From Candidatus Gastranaerophilales bacterium (GTDB taxonomy: Bacteria > Cyanobacteriota > Vampirovibrionia > Gastranaerophilales > Gastranaerophilaceae): a stretch of DNA of 64,000 nt. Shown one piece after another: positions 38,282-47,596 of this stretch. Position 1 is the first letter of the stretch; the number at the start of each line of letters is the position of its first letter. The notes beneath the pieces were generated by a model. The model was not told the DNA's origin. It did not search any database and worked only from the letters and a program-made list of their open reading frames with translations. Location: positions 14,235-78,234 of the forward strand of contig CALUWJ010000008.1 in NCBI GenBank assembly GCA_944324455.1. Direction: 5' to 3'. The position numbers and the translations under genes are program-made.

Positions 38282-38838
38282 TGAACACTCATTTTATAGA
38301 TAAAGAAATAAAATACATAGGCTCTCAACTTGCCCCGCATTGGATTTATAAAAATTTTCATCTTCAAGGAGACTCAATTGTTGCATTTATTGGTGAAGTC
38401 GATGTAAAAATAGATGAAATGGTAGATATTGAAGATGTAATAAACAATGAACCCATTTATTCAAAAAAAATGTTAAATTTTATAATTGAGCAGTTTGATA
38501 TCTCGCTAACAGCTATGGTATATGCTCAAAGACTGTTTGTTTCAATCATAAAAGAAGTTTTAGAAGAATATAACATTTCAGCTAAAAGAAATGGAGATGA
38601 TCTGTTTTATCAAAACAGAAAATTATCAGTTTCAATTGCAACAAAATCTATAACTTCTTGCCTAATTCATACAGCATTGAATATAATAAAAGAAGGTGCA
38701 CCAATTAAAGCATCTGATTTAACCGAAATGGGCATAAATAATCCTAAAGAATTTGCAATAAAAATAATGAAAAAATATGCCCAAGAAACAAAAGACATTA
38801 AAATGGCTACATATAAAGTAAGAGGTGTAACTGAATAA
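38281..38838 (+). CDS. conserved hypothetical protein (possibly DUF366-like), translationally coupled to queC
   Basis: TAATG overlaps on both sides. 185 aa, no catalytic motif recognised. Confidence 0.4.
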   Translation: MNTHFIDKEIKYIGSQLAPHWIYKNFHLQGDSIVAFIGEVDVKIDEMVDIEDVINNEPIYSKKMLNFIIEQFDISLTAMVYAQRLFVSIIKEVLEEYNISAKRNGDDLFYQNRKLSVSIATKSITSCLIHTALNIIKEGAPIKASDLTEMGINNPKEFAIKIMKKYAQETKDIKMATYKVRGVTE

Positions 38839-39602
38839 TGGATTTTAATTCATCAAATTATTTTGCATATAAAAAAAATAAAATTCAAGCACAGGCAAAC
38901 ATGCAGGAAAAAAAGATTTCAAAATTAAACTTCCTATTTCAAATATTTATATCAACCTTTATTATAATGTTCATCATTATAGTTGTTGCTATCATGAAAT
39001 ATTCTACAAAGGTTGATATTGAATATTCAAAAAATACCTCTCTAAATAACCCTAATATAGATAAAACTTCATCAATACAAGAAGAATTATATGAAGAAAA
39101 GCAAGGCAAAATAGACAAAAGGTTGATTTTAATTCAACAAGAAGAAAATGCACCCTATGAAGCTAAAATATTAGAGAAACAAAATCCTGAAGAAATAATC
39201 AATCCAATACATTTAGAAAAAAATAAAAACATAGAACAAAAAGAAAAGCTTGAAGCAAAAAAATTGCAACAGAAAGAAGAAAGCAAAGATTTATTAAAAC
39301 CAAAAATAACTAACCCCATAGATGAGCTTATTAACAACTCAAGCAAAAAAAATGAAGAAAACGTATTAAACAAAAATATAACAATTATGTCAAAAGTTTT
39401 AATAGGAAGATATTCAACTTTAGAAGAAGCTCAAAAAGCACAAGCTGAAATTAAATCATTAAATACAGGTTCACCATTTGTTAAAAAGATTGGCGATGTT
39501 TTTAGTATACAAATGGGTTCATACCAAGATTTTTCAACCGCCAGAAGTCACGCTCAAAATCTTAAATCAAAAGGGTATGATGTTTGGATTTATCAGCAAT
39601 AA
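38838..39602 (+). CDS. SPOR-domain membrane protein
   Basis: N-terminal TM, K/E-rich linker. C-terminal VLIGRYSTLEEAQKAQAEIK...FSIQMGSYQDFSTARSHAQNLKSKGYDVWI, typical of SPOR. Confidence 0.7.
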   Translation: MDFNSSNYFAYKKNKIQAQANMQEKKISKLNFLFQIFISTFIIMFIIIVVAIMKYSTKVDIEYSKNTSLNNPNIDKTSSIQEELYEEKQGKIDKRLILIQQEENAPYEAKILEKQNPEEIINPIHLEKNKNIEQKEKLEAKKLQQKEESKDLLKPKITNPIDELINNSSKKNEENVLNKNITIMSKVLIGRYSTLEEAQKAQAEIKSLNTGSPFVKKIGDVFSIQMGSYQDFSTARSHAQNLKSKGYDVWIYQQ

Positions 39603-39618
39603 CGAATAATGTTTAATA

Positions 39619-39650
39619 AAAAACCGCTAATCAATTTGATTAGCGGTTTT
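39619..39650. terminator. bidirectional terminator between the SPOR gene and tpsA
   Basis: aaaaaccgctaatc-aattt-gattagcggtttt. Confidence 0.6.
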
Positions 39651-39667
39651 ATTATATATTTCGAGAA

Positions 39668-42600
39668 TTAGTTTTCTTTTTCATCATCCTTATTGTTAGT
39701 ATTGTTTGTTTCTTGATTTATATCAACCTTTGCAGCTGCAGACATTATATTTGCTGTTTGGTCAACGGTGTTATCAGAAACTTTTGATGATTTAGAGATT
39801 TCAACTTGTTCTCTTGGTAACTTGATTTGGTTAATCAAAGAATCAATATTATCATCTGTTTGATCAACATCAGGTAGTGGAGGACAGTCATTGTCTACAT
39901 CAACATCAACATCAACATCAACATCTGTATGTGTTTTATCATAAACTAGGATGAAATCATCTCCACCATTTTTGTCAAACTCAATTGTATGTTTTTGATC
40001 TGTTGTTGTGGTTGTTGTAGTAGTAGTTGTAGTAGTTGTAGTTGTATTGTCTGTTTTGTCAACATCTACATCAACTTGTACATCTTTATCTACAATAACT
40101 GAATCATAATTACCTGTATAATCAAATCCATCAGGTTCCGGAGTATAATCTTCATTAGGATCTAAGTTGAAGCCACCTTGGTCTCTAACTTCAATATAAC
40201 CTTTAGATGGAGTACCTTCAGGAAGTCCTTCTAATTGTTCGGCTGTAAGATCTACATCAGAAGCAATCATTGTATCATTCTTATCCATGAATAGCTTATC
40301 TGTAATAATCTTAGATACTGCAAGCTCATCATCAACAGCATTTACATGAACTTCAGGACCTTGATTTTTATCAATTTGTTCATCCCAAACGTTATTTTCA
40401 GCTGTTAACTCAATACCTGCATCTTTGTTGTTTGCATTTTTAAGATCAAGTGTAATACTACCATTTGTATTATTTTCAGGTGTTGTAACTTGTGTTTTAG
40501 TATTTACAACTAATTTAGTTTGGTTAATGTCAAGAACTTGTCCATTTTGTTCTGTTCCATCTTGATCAACTTCAACACTTTGAGGGAATGTATGAACAGA
40601 TTCAGATGTGTGTTTTGCAACTGTTTTTGTTACATCTTTTGTAGTTACATTACCTTTAGCATTGATAGTTGTTTTGGTATCTTTTGCATCTGCAGTAGCT
40701 TTTTTAATTGTTAAATTATTTAAGATAACATCTCCACCTTCTTGAGTCGTTGTAATGTTATTACTTTTTGATTCAAGTGAAGAATTTACAAATTGAATAT
40801 CACCTTTTGTTGTAAAGTTATTTGCTTTACCTGCAATATAATCAACATTTACTGATTTAAGCGAATCTTCGCTTGTGAAATTATTGCTGCCTGCAGCATT
40901 AAATGTTAATCTGTCGCCATAAGTTAAGCTTGGCATTGTTGTTTTTTCTGCATTAATATCACCACCGGTTGAAGTTATATACATATCTTCACCTGATGAA
41001 ATTTTAACAGAATTATCAATATTAATGTTTTCAGCTCCTTGAGGACCAAATGTTATTGTTTCGTAAGCAATTAAATTAACATCTTTGCCACCTTGAATTA
41101 CTGAATTATCTTTAACATTCATCGCACCTTTTGTTGCTTCTGCCGTAAAATTATTACCTGCATTAAATGTTGAATCATTAATATTAACGTTACCTTCTTT
41201 TGCTAATAAATTAATATCATTGTTAGCTTTAACATTTGTTTTGTTAACTGAATTTACATTGCCTTTTGTTGAAGTAATGTTGATATTGTTAGCGTTTGCT
41301 GTCTTGATGGTAGTATCATATTTAACACCATTAACAGTGCCGTCATCTTTTAATGTGCCATCATCATTTCTATCAAATTTCAACGTATAGGCAGCTCTTT
41401 GCAATGTTGCATTATCAAGAGTGAAATCACCATTTGTTTCAAGGGTAATATCGCCGCTTACGGTTTTATTACCATCAACAACATTTGTTTTACTAAATGT
41501 AGCATTATTTGCAACAGTTACATTATTAAGACCTGTTGTACCATCTTCATAAAATTTAATTTCATCATAAACTAATGAAGCATTATCAATTTTTGTGTTT
41601 TTACCTTGAATTGAAAGTTTGCCATCAGCAATAATTAAAGATTGATTGTTGCCATCTTGATCTAAATCACTTTCAATAATAATATCACCTGATAATTCAC
41701 CATTTGAATAAGCAGCCTTAACATCTATATCGCCGGAAGCATCGGCGTCAACATTTTTCATATTAACACCATTTGCTGCAGAAATAGTAATGTTTTTGGC
41801 TTGATTTGTTGCTTCAGTATTTCTGGCTTGTACCAATGAATCATTAATTTGTACTTTATCAGTTGACATAATTTTTGCGTCACCTTTAGCAATAATTTTT
41901 GTATTGTCAACTTTCGCAGTACCGCCATAAGAATATAATCTAACTGCGCCTGCATTTTCAGCGTTTGCCGTACCTTCTTTAGCACCTGCTGACACTATCA
42001 AAGAATCTTTTACTGTTAAATCTTTATCAGCAGAAATATAAACTTCGCCACCATTTTGCGTAGTTGTATCTTTTACAACGCCATCTTTTTCAACAGATGT
42101 ATTTACGGATTCTAAACGAGAATTGCTAACCAATACATCGTTTGAACCAACAATCATAATATCGCCGTTTTCTTTATTAACAAGTTTTGTGCCTTTAATA
42201 ATAGAATTTGATATTTTGATATCAGAACCTTCTGCTTTAGATTTATTTACAATATGAACATCGCCTGATTTGATTGCAGCTTCATCATTTGCTAAACCAG
42301 AGTTATCCATTTCAATATTTCTAACAACATCAGTTTTTGTATCTTCTGCAACTGAATAGTTATCAGCATAACCGTTTGCAAGATATCCAAATGTTACACC
42401 ATCTGCTGTTACCAATCTAACATTTGAGAAAGATTTATCAGAACTTGATGTAATATAGTTATAATTATCACCTGTTCTGATTAAAGAATCTTTATATTGA
42501 ATATTATCGGAAACAATAGCAACTGACTTATTAGGATTAAAATCAGCCATTGTGCCGTCAGAATTAAAATGACCGAATTGAGTGCCGTCTAATTTTATTA

Positions 42601-43243
42601 AAGTTTCACCCGGTTTAAATGTAACACCGGCATCCTCAAATGCTTGAGTATAATTTGAATCAAAAGTAATGTCACCATAGTTTCTGTTTTCGCCATTTAC
42701 AGCAGCAACAGGTGAAAACTTATTTAATACACCTGCTTGATATTGTGCCATTTCAGCTTCAGTCATACCTTTAAGGTTTTTGATACCATTAATATCAAAT
42801 GTTGAAGCAGTAAATGAATTCAAATCAACAGTTGAGCCAGGTCCAAATAAAATACCAGCTGGGTTGATAAGTATAACTTTACTTGTAGCTGCAAACGAAT
42901 CACAATTACCACCTGAGATACAAGAATTTGTTAATTTACCTAAAATTTGAGATTCATTTCCACCAAGTACACGGTTAATTATTGTTTGAGATAATCCTGA
43001 AAAACCAAAATTTACTTGTTGACCACCGGGTACTGAAAAATCTTTCCAGTCAACTTGGCCAACTGCACCATTCTGTCCGGATGTAATATCAACATTTAAT
43101 TTTATGTCATTACCTGTAATACTTGTATTTCCGGTATGATCGATAACATCGCCGACACCAACCGCAAATGTTGCCGCGCTAGATATTGACAAAAAAGCTA
43201 ACATTGCCGTAAATGCGGTAAACTTTCTTTTAAACTGACTCAT
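39668..43243 (-). CDS. two-partner-secretion exoprotein (TpsA, filamentous haemagglutinin-like adhesin)
   Basis: Sec signal MSQFKRKFTAFTAMLAFLSISSAATFA. TPS domain (IINRVLGGNESQILGKL ... LINPAGILFGPGSTVDLNSFTAST). Long beta-helix-like repeats. Start moved from 43330 to 43243. Confidence 0.8.
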   Translation of the reverse strand: MSQFKRKFTAFTAMLAFLSISSAATFAVGVGDVIDHTGNTSITGNDIKLNVDITSGQNGAVGQVDWKDFSVPGGQQVNFGFSGLSQTIINRVLGGNESQILGKLTNSCISGGNCDSFAATSKVILINPAGILFGPGSTVDLNSFTASTFDINGIKNLKGMTEAEMAQYQAGVLNKFSPVAAVNGENRNYGDITFDSNYTQAFEDAGVTFKPGETLIKLDGTQFGHFNSDGTMADFNPNKSVAIVSDNIQYKDSLIRTGDNYNYITSSSDKSFSNVRLVTADGVTFGYLANGYADNYSVAEDTKTDVVRNIEMDNSGLANDEAAIKSGDVHIVNKSKAEGSDIKISNSIIKGTKLVNKENGDIMIVGSNDVLVSNSRLESVNTSVEKDGVVKDTTTQNGGEVYISADKDLTVKDSLIVSAGAKEGTANAENAGAVRLYSYGGTAKVDNTKIIAKGDAKIMSTDKVQINDSLVQARNTEATNQAKNITISAANGVNMKNVDADASGDIDVKAAYSNGELSGDIIIESDLDQDGNNQSLIIADGKLSIQGKNTKIDNASLVYDEIKFYEDGTTGLNNVTVANNATFSKTNVVDGNKTVSGDITLETNGDFTLDNATLQRAAYTLKFDRNDDGTLKDDGTVNGVKYDTTIKTANANNINITSTKGNVNSVNKTNVKANNDINLLAKEGNVNINDSTFNAGNNFTAEATKGAMNVKDNSVIQGGKDVNLIAYETITFGPQGAENINIDNSVKISSGEDMYITSTGGDINAEKTTMPSLTYGDRLTFNAAGSNNFTSEDSLKSVNVDYIAGKANNFTTKGDIQFVNSSLESKSNNITTTQEGGDVILNNLTIKKATADAKDTKTTINAKGNVTTKDVTKTVAKHTSESVHTFPQSVEVDQDGTEQNGQVLDINQTKLVVNTKTQVTTPENNTNGSITLDLKNANNKDAGIELTAENNVWDEQIDKNQGPEVHVNAVDDELAVSKIITDKLFMDKNDTMIASDVDLTAEQLEGLPEGTPSKGYIEVRDQGGFNLDPNEDYTPEPDGFDYTGNYDSVIVDKDVQVDVDVDKTDNTTTTTTTTTTTTTTTDQKHTIEFDKNGGDDFILVYDKTHTDVDVDVDVDVDNDCPPLPDVDQTDDNIDSLINQIKLPREQVEISKSSKVSDNTVDQTANIMSAAAKVDINQETNNTNNKDDEKEN
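39897..39926 (-). repeat. in-frame hexanucleotide tandem repeat (acatca x4-5) encoding (DV)n in tpsA
   Basis: Direct reading: acatca acatca acatca acatca acatct. A poly-Thr-coding imperfect triplet tract lies at about 39999-40047. Confidence 0.6.
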
Positions 43244-43585
43244 TACTATGTTCCCTTTCATAAACATTTTAATCCATATGCTTATACATGTAATAAAAAC
43301 CACGACATGGAAAAAAATTCTCAAAAACAAAAATCAATTTTACAAAAATTTACAAAACTCAACTTTGTCTAAAGATTATACCAAATAAATTTCAAAAAAG
43401 CAATAAATAAAAAAATAAAAAAATAAAAAAACATTAATATTTCTTTACAATTTGACAAAATAAAGTTTTTTTTACCGTTATTGTAGTATGATTAAAAAAT
43501 CATCAATTTAATTTATTGTTTAATAATTACATATGAATTATTATTGTATTGCGCGTAAAGTATATGTGCTCTTTGTAGTTAATAT

Positions 43586-45382
43586 TTGAAGGAATTTAAG
43601 AAAGTGCATAACAAAAAACTTAATAAGATAAAGTTAAATTCTTTAGCATTGGCAGTATGTTTAATAGCAAGCGTATCAACAGCCCTTGCAGGACCTGAGC
43701 CCGGTTCAAATTATATCCCCAATGGAATTGGTAATTTTGACCCCGGTGTAGTAGATCAAACAAACTTTAGACAGATTAAAGATTACGAACAAAAAATCAG
43801 GGACGATAGAGAAGAAGAGCACCAAGAACAAAACATTCAAATGAACAAAGAAATGAAAGATCGCATGAAAGATCTTCCGAATAAAGAAGTAAGCTTTAAA
43901 TTGAATTCAATTCATATTACTGGCAATACCGAATACACGGAAGAACAATTGATGAACTTAATTTGTCAAAGAATTGGCGAAGAAGTTACAATTAATGATT
44001 TAATCGGTATGGCAAATGCAATTACTGAATATTATCAAAGAAATGGTTATATATCTACAACAGCATACTTACCGCCTCAAAAAGTTGAAGACGGTAATGT
44101 AGAAATTGTTGTATTAGAAGGTAAATACGGAAATATAAAAATCGAAGGCAATAAATGGGCAAGAAACAAATATTTAAATGCCACATTCCTTAAAGACAAA
44201 AATATTCAAGAAGATAAAGTATTAAATGTTGCAGATATTCAAGAATCTTTGCGCGAACTTAATGCAACAGACTATATCAAAGGGGCAGTTGCCTTACAAG
44301 ACAATGAAGATTCAGAACAATATACCGATTTAACATTAAATGTTAAAGATAGATTCCCTATTGATTTTGACTTCCGTTTTGATAACCAAGGTCGTTCTTC
44401 AGTAGGTTTAAACAGATTTGTTATATTTGCCGGTATGTCTAACTTAACAGGCTTTGGTGATCAATTATTATCAACCACATCATTAGCCAGAAGTTCATTT
44501 AGCCAAGGTGTATTCTATTCTGTTCCTATCGGTCGCCATGAAACAAAATTAAATGTTGGTTATTCTTTCTCAGGAACAGAACTTGACAAAGGCGAATTAA
44601 AAGACTTTGATGTTAAAGGTAAATCACACAGCTTCTATATAGACTTATCAAGAAGATTAATCAAAACCGAGAACTATAAATTATATGGTGATATCGCTTT
44701 TGATATGAGAAACACAGAAACCACTTTAAGGGGCTTTGATTTATACGGATACAGAACTCGTGCAATTAAATTAAACTTAACAAACGTTAAAGATGATATT
44801 TATGGTAAATGGTTTGCTAACATTGGTGTTGCAAAAGGTATAGATATTTTTGGAGCTTCAAACGATTCTGACGGCTATTACTCAAGACATACTCCCACAA
44901 ATAGAATGTTCAAAGTGCAAGCTTCAATTGCTCGTTTACAAGTATTGCCTTGGAGAATGATGGGCATATTTACCGCAAACGGCCAATGGGTAAATAGAAA
45001 CGTATGGTATTCAGACAAACTTCAAATCGGCGGTATTTCATCGGTTAGAGGTTTTGAAGAAGGCTACTTCTTAAGAGATTATGGTGTAACTGCTTCAGCT
45101 GAATTTAGAGCACCAGTGCCATTCTTAAATCACTTACCTGAAAAATTAAGATTTATTGATGACTCAATTAGACTTGCTGCATTTTGTGATGTTGGTTGGT
45201 TTGGGGATTACGGTTACGGAATGCCAAGTTCAAATTTTGTAATGAGCGTCGGCGGTGGTATAATCTTAAAAATGACAAGATACTTATCAGGTAACGTATA
45301 TTTTGGTGTTCCGATAGTAGGAAAACCTGATGATGCTTCAAGCTTTAGAGTCCACTTCATGATTACATCAAATATTTTATAA
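43586..45382 (+). CDS. TpsB (ShlB/FhaC-family) outer-membrane transporter
   Basis: Signal peptide, POTRA-like region (FKLNSIHITGNTEY..., VEIVVLEGKYGNIKIEGN), C-terminal beta-barrel. Divergent from tpsA. TTG (or GTG at 43604) start. Confidence 0.8.
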   Translation: MKEFKKVHNKKLNKIKLNSLALAVCLIASVSTALAGPEPGSNYIPNGIGNFDPGVVDQTNFRQIKDYEQKIRDDREEEHQEQNIQMNKEMKDRMKDLPNKEVSFKLNSIHITGNTEYTEEQLMNLICQRIGEEVTINDLIGMANAITEYYQRNGYISTTAYLPPQKVEDGNVEIVVLEGKYGNIKIEGNKWARNKYLNATFLKDKNIQEDKVLNVADIQESLRELNATDYIKGAVALQDNEDSEQYTDLTLNVKDRFPIDFDFRFDNQGRSSVGLNRFVIFAGMSNLTGFGDQLLSTTSLARSSFSQGVFYSVPIGRHETKLNVGYSFSGTELDKGELKDFDVKGKSHSFYIDLSRRLIKTENYKLYGDIAFDMRNTETTLRGFDLYGYRTRAIKLNLTNVKDDIYGKWFANIGVAKGIDIFGASNDSDGYYSRHTPTNRMFKVQASIARLQVLPWRMMGIFTANGQWVNRNVWYSDKLQIGGISSVRGFEEGYFLRDYGVTASAEFRAPVPFLNHLPEKLRFIDDSIRLAAFCDVGWFGDYGYGMPSSNFVMSVGGGIILKMTRYLSGNVYFGVPIVGKPDDASSFRVHFMITSNIL

Positions 45383-45400
45383 TTATAAATGAAAATATTA

Positions 45401-45432
45401 AAAAAACGTTGGATATTATCCAACGTTTTTTT
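45401..45432 (+). terminator. rho-independent terminator after tpsB
   Basis: aaaaaacgttggata-tt-atccaacgttttttt. Confidence 0.6.
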
Positions 45433-45490
45433 AATAGCAAAATAAAAAAATCAGATGTTTTATACCCTCGCAAGGTAATAAGGACAAAAA

Positions 45491-47593
45491 ATGAAACTTC
45501 AATCTATAAACTATAATTTATATTATTTAAACAAAAAATCAAAAATAAACACAAATTACAATCAGCAAAACAATATATGTAAAGTAAATAAAAAAAACTC
45601 AAGTCAAGTTAACTCGAAACTAGCACTGATTTATTTTTACGGAAATAAAAGTATAAAACCAGCTAAAAGACTCGAACAATCAGATTACAAAATATCAAAT
45701 TACATTGCCGAAATAAACAAAGCAAGATATCTGTATGGAGATAAAGCAGTCGTAGATTTATCAATGGGCAATCCCGACTTAACACCTCCACAGAAAGCAA
45801 AACAAGCCCTGAAAGATAAAGTTGATAATCTTTGGTCACATAGATACAATAATCCAAAGGGGGAAAGCTACACTTTAAATACAATTTCCGAATGGATGAA
45901 AAACAGATTTAATTTAGAAATCAACCCCAGTGAAGAAATAATGGTAACATCTGGCGCATCTGATGCAATAGACCATATTTTAACCGCATACGCCGAATAC
46001 GGCGACAGCATACTTGTTCCAAACCCAGGATATTCGCTATATGATGACTTAATAAACAGGCACGACCTTAAAAAAATACCATATAATTTAAATCCAGATA
46101 ATAATTATCAGCCTGATTTTTCAAAAATGCCAAAAAATGCAAAAATTTTAATATTAAATTATCCGCACAATCCAACAGGCGTTTTTGCAACAAAAGAAAC
46201 GTACGAAAATGCAGTAAAATTTGCAAAAGAAAACGGAATTTTAATAATCCATGATATGGACAACAGCGAAATAACACATTCAGGAAAAAAACCTTCAGGA
46301 ATCCTTCAGACAAAAGGAGCTAAAGATGTGGCATTTGAAGTCCACACATTTTCAAAAGCACAAAGTATGCCTGGATTAAGAATTGCATTCGCAGTCAGCG
46401 GGAAAGAAAATATAGACAATCTATTGAAAGCAAAATACTTGTCAGGAGGAAGCGTTTATATACCTGTACAAAATGCAGCAGCAGAAGCGCTTAAAGATAA
46501 AGAAGGATACATAACAAAAGTAAATCAAATATATAGAGAAAGAAAGAATACCACAATAAAAAGACTTAATGAATTAGGAAGCGACGCGAAGCCAACACAA
46601 GGAACATATTATTTATGGGTAAAAATTCCCAATGGTTTTACATCTGACGAATTTTTCAAATACGTGCTTCATAAATCACAAATAGCTTTTACACCGGGAG
46701 ATGTATTTGGCAGCAACGGCGACGGCTATATAAGAATTGTTATGTCAGCAAATGAAAAACAATTAAATGAAGCATTTGACAGAATTAAAAAAGCAGGAAT
46801 AAGATTTGATGTTGCAAAGTTTGATCTGACTGAAGAATTACAAAAAGAAATAGATTTAATAAGCAGTGGTAAATACACAGCAGAACCCAAATCGCAAAAA
46901 GATTTTAAAAAATACTTAGAACAGCTAATTCAACGCCGGCAAAAATTAACAAATCAATACAAAAACAAAGATGTAAAATTTGAGCACTACATCCCAAAAA
47001 ACAACATTCAACTGCCATGGAATATATTAAAAGACGGACAAAGCGTATATTTGCAAAATATAAAAGAAGGTCAATCAGTTTTTGGAGAAGTTGAAGATAT
47101 TTTACCATTTAGCGACAACAAAAAATACTATGAACTTTCACAAAAAATTAAGCAGCAATGGCAACAAGAAAAATACCCGAACGCAACCATTCTTCCTCCA
47201 TACAAAACAGGCGTATATTACAAAGATGCAGCGTATTTTGTATTAAAAACCGAAGACAAAATACAAGCTGTCGCAAATCTTGAAGTTCAAAATGACGGTT
47301 GTTTTTGGATAAGACACTTAAACACAGCGCCTTGGAATCAAAAAGAATATCGAACAATAAAAAATAGTGCAAAAACACTAATTACAAGAATTGTAAGTTT
47401 TTGTCTGGAAACAGACAATAATACACTAAAACTCGCGACAAATAAACCTGAAAATATAGATTTTTATAAATCGCTCGGCATGCAAGAAAACGGGACAAGA
47501 TACATTAACGGCACCGAATATACCGTTTTGACTTTTGATAAAAAATCGATGAAAAATTACTTAAATGACTTTCAAAGCAATTTAAGTTTTTAA
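45491..47593 (+). CDS. class I/II PLP aminotransferase fused to a C-terminal GNAT-like domain, with about 55-aa N/K-rich leader
   Basis: NYPHNPTG and SFSKAQSMPGLRIAF (PLP-Lys) motifs. C-terminal FWIRHLNTAPW..YRTIKNSAKTLITRI..DFYKSLGM resembles the GNAT motif A/B region. Confidence 0.7.
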   Translation: MKLQSINYNLYYLNKKSKINTNYNQQNNICKVNKKNSSQVNSKLALIYFYGNKSIKPAKRLEQSDYKISNYIAEINKARYLYGDKAVVDLSMGNPDLTPPQKAKQALKDKVDNLWSHRYNNPKGESYTLNTISEWMKNRFNLEINPSEEIMVTSGASDAIDHILTAYAEYGDSILVPNPGYSLYDDLINRHDLKKIPYNLNPDNNYQPDFSKMPKNAKILILNYPHNPTGVFATKETYENAVKFAKENGILIIHDMDNSEITHSGKKPSGILQTKGAKDVAFEVHTFSKAQSMPGLRIAFAVSGKENIDNLLKAKYLSGGSVYIPVQNAAAEALKDKEGYITKVNQIYRERKNTTIKRLNELGSDAKPTQGTYYLWVKIPNGFTSDEFFKYVLHKSQIAFTPGDVFGSNGDGYIRIVMSANEKQLNEAFDRIKKAGIRFDVAKFDLTEELQKEIDLISSGKYTAEPKSQKDFKKYLEQLIQRRQKLTNQYKNKDVKFEHYIPKNNIQLPWNILKDGQSVYLQNIKEGQSVFGEVEDILPFSDNKKYYELSQKIKQQWQQEKYPNATILPPYKTGVYYKDAAYFVLKTEDKIQAVANLEVQNDGCFWIRHLNTAPWNQKEYRTIKNSAKTLITRIVSFCLETDNNTLKLATNKPENIDFYKSLGMQENGTRYINGTEYTVLTFDKKSMKNYLNDFQSNLSF

Positions 47594-47596
47594 ATT

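Noticed and set aside
39668-40300. TpsA as a contact-dependent inhibition toxin (CdiA-like) with an immunity gene.
   Set aside because: There is no VENN/pre-toxin motif and no recognisable nuclease or pore domain in the C-terminus. The gene is followed directly by a bidirectional terminator and a convergent SPOR gene, leaving no room for an immunity ORF.
43408-43431. Tandem (TAAAAAAA)x3 and other A/T tracts, considered as a CRISPR array or minisatellite.
   Set aside because: There are only three 8-nt units with no spacers, so this is simple low-complexity promoter DNA. No CRISPR-like repeat-spacer structure exists anywhere in the window.
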